This document shows, one piece after another, positions 57,246-64,000 of a DNA stretch of 64,000 bases (positions are counted from its first letter, which is position 1; the number at the start of each line of letters is the position of its first letter). The notes beneath the pieces are model-generated. The model did no database searches. It was given only the letters and a program-made list of their open reading frames with translations, and was not told the DNA's origin. The position numbers were made by a program, and so were the translations under genes. The stretch spans positions 1 to 64,000 of the forward strand of contig JAUCBJ010001981.1 of NCBI GenBank assembly GCA_032718475.1, read 5' to 3'. This DNA comes from Nemertoderma westbladi (Eukaryota; Animalia; Xenacoelomorpha).

Positions 57246-60200
57246 CTAAAAACCACATATTCTGTCGTAGCTGACGTCAGACTGCATGAGTTCTGGCTCC
57301 CGTTGTAGATATGAAAGTATACGAATAGGCGATGCATTGATTATACGGGAGGAAAAGTGTATGTAGGGCTGAGGATATCGTGCTGAGACTGAGATAAGCT
57401 TACAGTTTAGTTTATTAAGATAATTAATAATCTCCTGAGAATGAAACTCTTTAGCATTATCAGAGACTAGGCCCCTGGGCAGTCCAAAGCCAGCGAAAAT
57501 AACATTTAGCTGTTGGATAATATTAGAAGATACTGACGATGATGATGGCAGGGGTATAGCTTCTATGTATCTTGAGCCATAATCAATAAGGGTAAGACAT
57601 TTGATGTGTTCGATCTCTGCACAATCAATAGCAATGCATTCCCAAGGTTGGAAAATTGCGGACTGGATCATTGGCTGAGGGACAGGCAAATCCGCAGCTA
57701 GTTTACATGTATGACAGTTTTCTACGAACAGTTTAGCAGCTCGAGTAATCCCAGGCCACCACACATTCATATTTAGCACATCAGTCGTCTTTGTTATGCC
57801 TGGATGACCTTCATGTGCTAACTGAAGCGTCTCTGATCTTAGTGAAAGAGGAATCACAATACGTGTATCACGAAGGAGAATTGGTAACCCACACACATAG
57901 TCGATACATAGTTCATTTCTAATAGTATGGTATTTACTGTCAATTCTGGAAAGAGAATTCCAATTCCCATCTGATACACTATTAATTATCTTAGATATCT
58001 CTGGGCATATTTGTGTTTCCTGAGCAATCTTGGTGGTATCCACAAACTTAGATTCCAATATAATGTTCACGAATATGTCAGAATGTGATTCAGAAGCAGA
58101 GGATGAGAATGCTGGGTGAGGCGCCCGTGAGAGAGTATCAGAAACAACATTATATTTCCCAGGAATAATTTCTAGAGTGAATGAGTATGGTTGGAGTACG
58201 ATTAGAAACCTTATGACACGGACAGGACACTGATCCAGTGGTTTATTAAATATGGCTTTAAGGGGCTTATGGTCATTGTAGACAGTAAACTGAAGACCAA
58301 TCAAATATTGCCGGAATTTATGAGCTCCAAATGTTATAGACAACATTTCACGTTCGATTTGTGGGTAACGACTTTCAGCTGGGGCCATGGCTCGGCTCGC
58401 ATAAGATACAGGTCTCATAATATTGTCTTTATCCTTCTGGAGCAATGTGGCCCCTAATCCTATTGGGGATGCATCACACTGTAGATAAGTATGATGGCTA
58501 GTGTTGTAGAGTTTGAGGACTGGGGCAGTGCTAAGGATCTCTTTGAGTTCGTCAAAGGCATCTTGGCATACAGTGGACCAATGAAATAGAATAGATAATT
58601 TAACCAGTTGTCTTATAGGGTATGTTATGTCACTGAAATTAGGAATACATTTTGCAAGATAGGTTGCCATGCCTAGAAATCTACGACAATCAGCTGCAGA
58701 AGTTGGTATTGGTAGGTTTCTAATAGCGGAAACTTTATCGGGGTCTGGAGAGATACCACTCCCTGTTAATAAGTGACCAAGATAGGTAATTTCAGTCTTC
58801 CGAAACTCGCATTTTGGAGGTTGTAACTCAATGTGGGAATCAGGACACCGTTTCAAAACTTTAGCTAAGTGCTCATCATGTTCAGTAAGGGTTTTACCAT
58901 GGACTAGGACATCATCCTCCAATACAATAGTACCTGGGATATCCTGCAAGGTTTCTGACATGATTTCATGGTAAATTTCAGGTGCGGACGTTACTCCATA
59001 GGGAAGTCGGACATAACGATAAGTCCCATTAGGGAGTACGAAGGTTGTTAAGCGACTAGAAAACTCATCTAGACGTAACTGATGGAACCCGGAGCGGGCA
59101 TCAAGTTTGGAAAAATACAGACTACCCCCTACTTTAGCAAATAACTCTTCGGGGGTAGGAATTAATACTCTTTTCCGAAGAACAGCTTTGTTAAGCAATC
59201 TTAAGTCAAGGCAAAGGCGCATTTTCCCATTCTTTCGCCTTCCTACCACTATAGGACTAACCCACTCTGCCGGAGGATCCGTTGTTGGAACTTTGATCAC
59301 ACTACCCTCAGCAATGAGGTTGGCGATTTCTTGCTCTAGTTCTGGAATGAGACCAAAGGGAACTCGACGTGGGGCTTGTTGAACAGGTACTGCATCCGGT
59401 TTTAGAGTAATATGGGCCTCAGGCACCCTCATTGCAGACAATTCCGTTACGCAAGGGGATGGAGAAACTTGAACTGTATTTACCAAAGCTTCATTGTTAA
59501 ATTTCCGTTGTAAAAGTTTCAGTTTAGTTATTGCATCTCTACCAAGTAGTGCCATTGTAGCTCCTTCAACGACATAAACATCCAGGGTAACATAACGGGT
59601 CCCGTAGGATAATGTAACCTTAGCACTACCAAGCAAAGGGAGAAACATTTTGCCCATGAAACCACGTAGCTTTTTATCAGTATCGGGTTTAACAATGTTT
59701 AGGTCGACATTCTGGCTTGGAAGAATGGTATGTTTGGTACCACTATCAACCAAGAAAATTACATTAACTGAGTAACTAGGGCTTGCGGCATTAATGAGAA
59801 TATGCCAAGGTGTAGGGAGAACTGGGCAAATCCCTTCTTCGCAGGCATTTAGATGAACAACATCACATTCCTCATTGTTCATGGTGCTATTAACTTCTTC
59901 AATAGTATATATCTCAAAGTTATTAACTGCATTGTCTATTTCGTCTGTAAGATCTACTTGTTCGAATTTATTGAAACACACTTCCTCTCCATTAGCTGTC
60001 ATACTCATATTCTTCATCCGCATAATCCATGACATTGTGTACATTACTGCGTGGCTGGACCCGAGCAGTTGGGAAAGATCGGTTAGGCCCAGCACTACTG
60101 CCACCAAAGCTGGGTTTCGGGTGGGACTTGCGTAGAAACGGTTTTGATTCTTTCTTGCAAAGAATAGAGTTTCCGGTATGATGTAGTTCGCCACATCGTT

Positions 60201-60957
60201 TACAGTGTTGTCCATAAGCAGGACAGGGTCCCTTTTTATGACTCTGGCAACAAAACCGACAATTTCGAATATAAATAGCTGTTGTTGTAGAACGGGGTGG
60301 TGCTTGTCTTATCTGCCCAGAAATAGGGCGGTACGGATATTGGGACTGTCGGCTTTGGACAGCCAACACATCTGAAGCGGTATTATTTGGGCTGCTGAAT
60401 CCAGAAAGCTCTTTGTGGCTTGAAACGGCAGCCTCATATGCAGAAGCCGCATTACGAATTAGTTGAAGTGTAGCGTCGGAAGGTTGTTGCAGTAACTGGC
60501 GACGGAGTTCATCATCTTTAATACCAGAAATGAATGTATCTCGAAGGCGTGTCTCTGGGGTTTCGCTTGCAAGGTCACAATGACTAGCCAGTTGGCTTAA
60601 ACTTGTGAAAAATTCCGGGATTGTTTCACCAGGTTGTTGACGCCTGTTTAGGAATCGATGTCTCATTACAAGGAGATTACGCCGGGGTGCAAAGTATCTT
60701 TCAAAATCCTCGAGGAGGTTATCCAGATTTTTAGGTCGTGCAATATCATAAACAAAGTTTTGTTGTGCTATTTTCTGTGCTGGTTTACCAATCATGGTCA
60801 TTAAGGCGCCGATTTGTTTGGCAATGCCATTGTCTTCATTCCGAAGTTCTGTTGCATCAGCCCAAAAATTAAAGGATTGCTTCCAGTCACTAAACTCGAG
60901 GACCATATCATCTGCAGTAGTATTAAGTTGCTAGGGGATTGGATACTTTGCAGCCAT
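57246..60957 (-). mobile_element. Ty3/Gypsy LTR retrotransposon, decayed and 3'-truncated (gag 59992-60957, pol about 57370-60000)
   Basis: Gag: RHRFLNRRQQPGETIPEF..L..LA..C, LRDTFISGI and Cys/His knuckles; in-frame TAG 9 codons after ATG 60957. Pol in PR-RT-RH-IN order: FLVDSGT, RLCLDLR.LN, KLDARSGFHQ, LPYG, LEDD, CDAS, DHKPL, H..GHPG..CHTC, SDN. The integrase breaks off after SARYPQ, before the catalytic Glu. No LTR pair identified. Confidence 0.92.
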
Positions 60958-61487
60958 GGTCCTGTTGTGCAATTTTTATTTATTTCTATTTTAATGGATA
61001 GCCTACCGGTAGCGCGGTAGGCCCTAGCCAATGTGGCCCTAGCAGATAGGATACTGGGATATCCAGGAATTATATTAAGTTTACGTTTACTATTTTTTTT
61101 TCCAACCAGTAGGCTCAGTCCTGTCAGAAATAATATTGCCAACAATCCATTTTTAACAGTTCAGTTTGGGCCTGTGGGCTGTAGGCCTATTGAAACACTC
61201 ACCAACCAGTGTAATAATAACTGAATAATCGCCAACCAGTGTAATACTAATCGCCAACCAGTGTAATAATAATCGCCAACAAATCAGTTTGTACAGTTCA
61301 GTCTGGGTCTGAGAGCTGTAATCCAATGCAGCAATACACGGTAGGCTATGTACCCAGTACCAGTACCGGTACACACTGCGCCAGTGTAGTATTGGCTAAC
61401 AATATGCAATCATATATATATATTCTGCTAGTCCCGTCCAGATACCAAGACCATAAGACCGTACTCGGTCATGGCCTATTATATATA

Positions 61488-63958
61488 CTACAGTGCCGTT
61501 CCCGGTTGCTCGCCCAACCTGATGGTGCTCCCCGCGAAATCCATCGCCGGCTCCTCATGCACCCAGGCCCGCTTGCCGGGTTTATCCCAGAGGGCCCTCG
61601 CCCCACTGGCCATCACCACTCTCCCGCCAACCCAGTCCGTGTCTGAGTGGCCGATCCTCTCGATGGGCGGCATCTCCCCGAACTCGTCGTCATCCTCATC
61701 CCCCGCTGGGAGTGGATCCAAACCCGGTATCCCGGCAGACCCACTGTGTCCCTTCCCACCTTGACTCTTGCCCGTAACTTTCCATCCTTCCAGTTCTCTC
61801 GGTCTCTTTCTCGCAAAATCGCCCTCAGAGCCTGCTGGCATGGGCATCGCTTGCAATCCTTATGTCGACTGTTTCGGCGATTCTTCCGTCCATCCCAACT
61901 CCTGCCCCAGAGACTCGCCCGAGCTCCCTGATCCCCACCGTAACTCGTCCAAGTTCTGGGCCTCGAACCCGTAGTCCTCTCCTCTAGCTTCCGCCTCTCG
62001 TCTGGCGATTTCTTCCAATCGCTTCTCCTCTAGTCTATCCGCCTCCAGCTTCTCCCACCTCTGATATGGTGTATCCACCTCCCTGTCTACTAGATATCGG
62101 CAGTTGTAGTATACTGACTCGCCCTTCAGCCCCGGGTGGTCCGCTAGACCCTCAAAGGCTACCTTGAAGGCTCTTCTGTAGTTCAGGGGTGATCCTGACA
62201 GCAGAAACGACGTTGGCTCTCTTCCGATAACCACGGCCATGAATAGGTTTAGTAAACCTATCATTATCCAATCCTCCTGCAGGATATATTGCTTCTGATA
62301 TATCTTTATCGCTCCTCTCCGGAATTGATACACCTCCTGTTTCCCTGGCCTCGCTCTCCACTTCAGTGAGTTCGCCAACTCCGCTCCGTACTCCTCCCTG
62401 AATTTACTCCAGTCCATCGGCTTGTGGCAGACGAGCCCCATGAGCTGGCCCATCGCCACTGCTCTGCAATGTCCTGTATTCTCTACTAATCCCAACCCGG
62501 CTGGCCCTGTCATGGCCATGTAGACCGTCTGCATGTCCAGGAGGTTGGGGGTTTCCGGTCCGACGATCCTCTCCGCATCGTCGCGGATCGCCGATCCCAC
62601 CTTCATTGTCGACTTCTCCCTTACTAGGTTCTGTACCGCCCTTGGCAACCGGTTCAACTTTGGCCCGCTCTTCTTCCCATACGTTCCCAGATCAAACAGG
62701 AATATATCCCCATTTGGCGCAGCCAAATGTAGAAGTATGGTTCTGGCCGACCCCGCCGACCATCTTCTCGAACCCTCGTCGTCTTCCACGGTCCCTTCGT
62801 CGTCTAGGACCATGTATCCTCCCCTGCTGACAGACTCTACGAACCTCTTCCAGTCCTTTCTCGGTGGTTCCCTCGGATACTTCGGTATCCCGAACTTCGC
62901 CTCTCTACTCTTTGCGCTCATTCTCTACTCTCATCTCTCGCTCTTTGCGCTCGTTCTCTACTCTCGTCTCTCGCCCCTCGCGCTCTTTACGCTCACTCAT
63001 CTCTCTTTCTTCCCGCTCCCTACAGTTTCTCGCCACCCTCTCGGCCCTCTCTCTACACTCCTTCGCCAACTCCCTCTCTTTCTCTAACAATGCAGTTCCC
63101 TCATCCAACTGCCTCTCTAATTGTTTCTGGTCTAGCGCCACCATGTCTAATTGACACGCCAGATCTATCTCCAACACCCTTCTTGCTTTCGCGGAGGATG
63201 TAGCGGACTTATCGGTCGCGACGGACTCCCGTCGCCTCTCTGTCCTACTAACTTTCCCCCGCTTTCTGGGGTTCTCGCTAACCGACGAGACCGAATCCTT
63301 GGGGTTAACCTCGGGTTCGCCCTCGTGCGGATCCGCCCAACCAACTAACTTAATTCCCCTGGCATCCACTAAATACGTCACTACGTACACTACTTCAGGC
63401 TCCATAACCCCGGATCACCACAGTTTGAATAGTTCGGTGGCGACCCCCCTCGCTCTCTCACTCGCCAGTTCTCCCTGCCCAAAACGAACTAGATACCGAA
63501 AGTGTTTATTCGACTCACCTAGCCGTTTGGTGTAACTTGGCCTGGTCTACCTTTCATCCCTCTCTGGCCTCCTTTAACTGTTTCTTCGTGGCGTTGTAGG
63601 CCCATCGTAGCCGATCGCTGGTCCCGACGTCCTCTTCGCCAACATCTCCTCCTCCTCTCCTGGTTCGGCGTCGTACCGGCGGTCCCACCGTCGCCGTTCC
63701 GGTGGGCCGTCCATCGCCCTCTGCCTGTGGCTGGCCGGCGAATTTGGTACTCCTACCGCCGTCGTGCGTCGACTCGTCCCTCTCTCGTGGTTGACGGCCG
63801 CCCTCCGCTTGGGGTACCGGATCGTCCCTCGTCAGCGAATCCGGCGTCGCAGGTCGATACCGTCTCGTCGCGGCCTCGCGGATCGTTTGGTTGGTGTCGT
63901 CCGGGGTCCGCGGCGGCGTCCTCTCTCCCTCTGATAATCGGGGTTCCCCTGTGCTCAT
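61488..63958 (-). pseudogene. Decayed long ORF: low-complexity N-terminus, coiled coil and DEDDy (WRN-exo/RNase D-like) 3'-5' exonuclease; probably transposon-borne
   Basis: Segments 63554-63958, about 63550-62905 (internal stops at 63547 and 63415), 61860-62921 and 61488-61856 (same frame as the previous segment, across one TAA). Motifs MVLDDEG, LLHLA..G.IFLFDL, LP.AVQNL..EKSTMKVGSAIRDDA, NLLDM and QYILQED. GC-rich and intronless. Confidence 0.6.
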
Positions 63959-64000
63959 CTTTTCTTTGTCTCTGGCGTCTGGCAGTCACGGTTCAGTTCA

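Noticed and set aside
61200-61490. 5' LTR/PBS of the Gypsy element
   Set aside because: A TGGTATC-like stretch (about 61450, - strand) and short tandem repeats are present, but there is no second LTR copy or TG..CA boundary to support it.

Overview
This is eukaryotic (metazoan, probably invertebrate) genomic DNA, AT-rich and intron-rich; it contains no prokaryotic operons and no CRISPR array. The window holds: the 5' exons of a trypsin-family serine protease (- strand, running off the left edge); intronless REXO4 and BCS1L genes; and an 18-exon FBF1 (Fas-binding factor 1, centriole distal appendage) gene spanning about 11.1-55.2 kb. FBF1 introns host two same-strand nested single-exon genes (a frameshifted ECD/ecdysoneless and a transmembrane PY-motif protein with about 56 decapeptide repeats), a 5'-truncated LINE, several MITEs and two inverted-repeat elements with hammerhead-ribozyme-like cores. 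The right end has a truncated Ty3/Gypsy element, preceded by a decayed ORF with a WRN/RNase D-type DEDDy exonuclease domain. The most striking pattern is that four unrelated multi-kb minisatellite arrays (57, 17, 19 and 53 bp units) each start exactly at a 5' splice donor and reiterate that donor in every unit, two of them also copying the exon end. All calls were made by eye from the sequence and ORF track; no searches were run.
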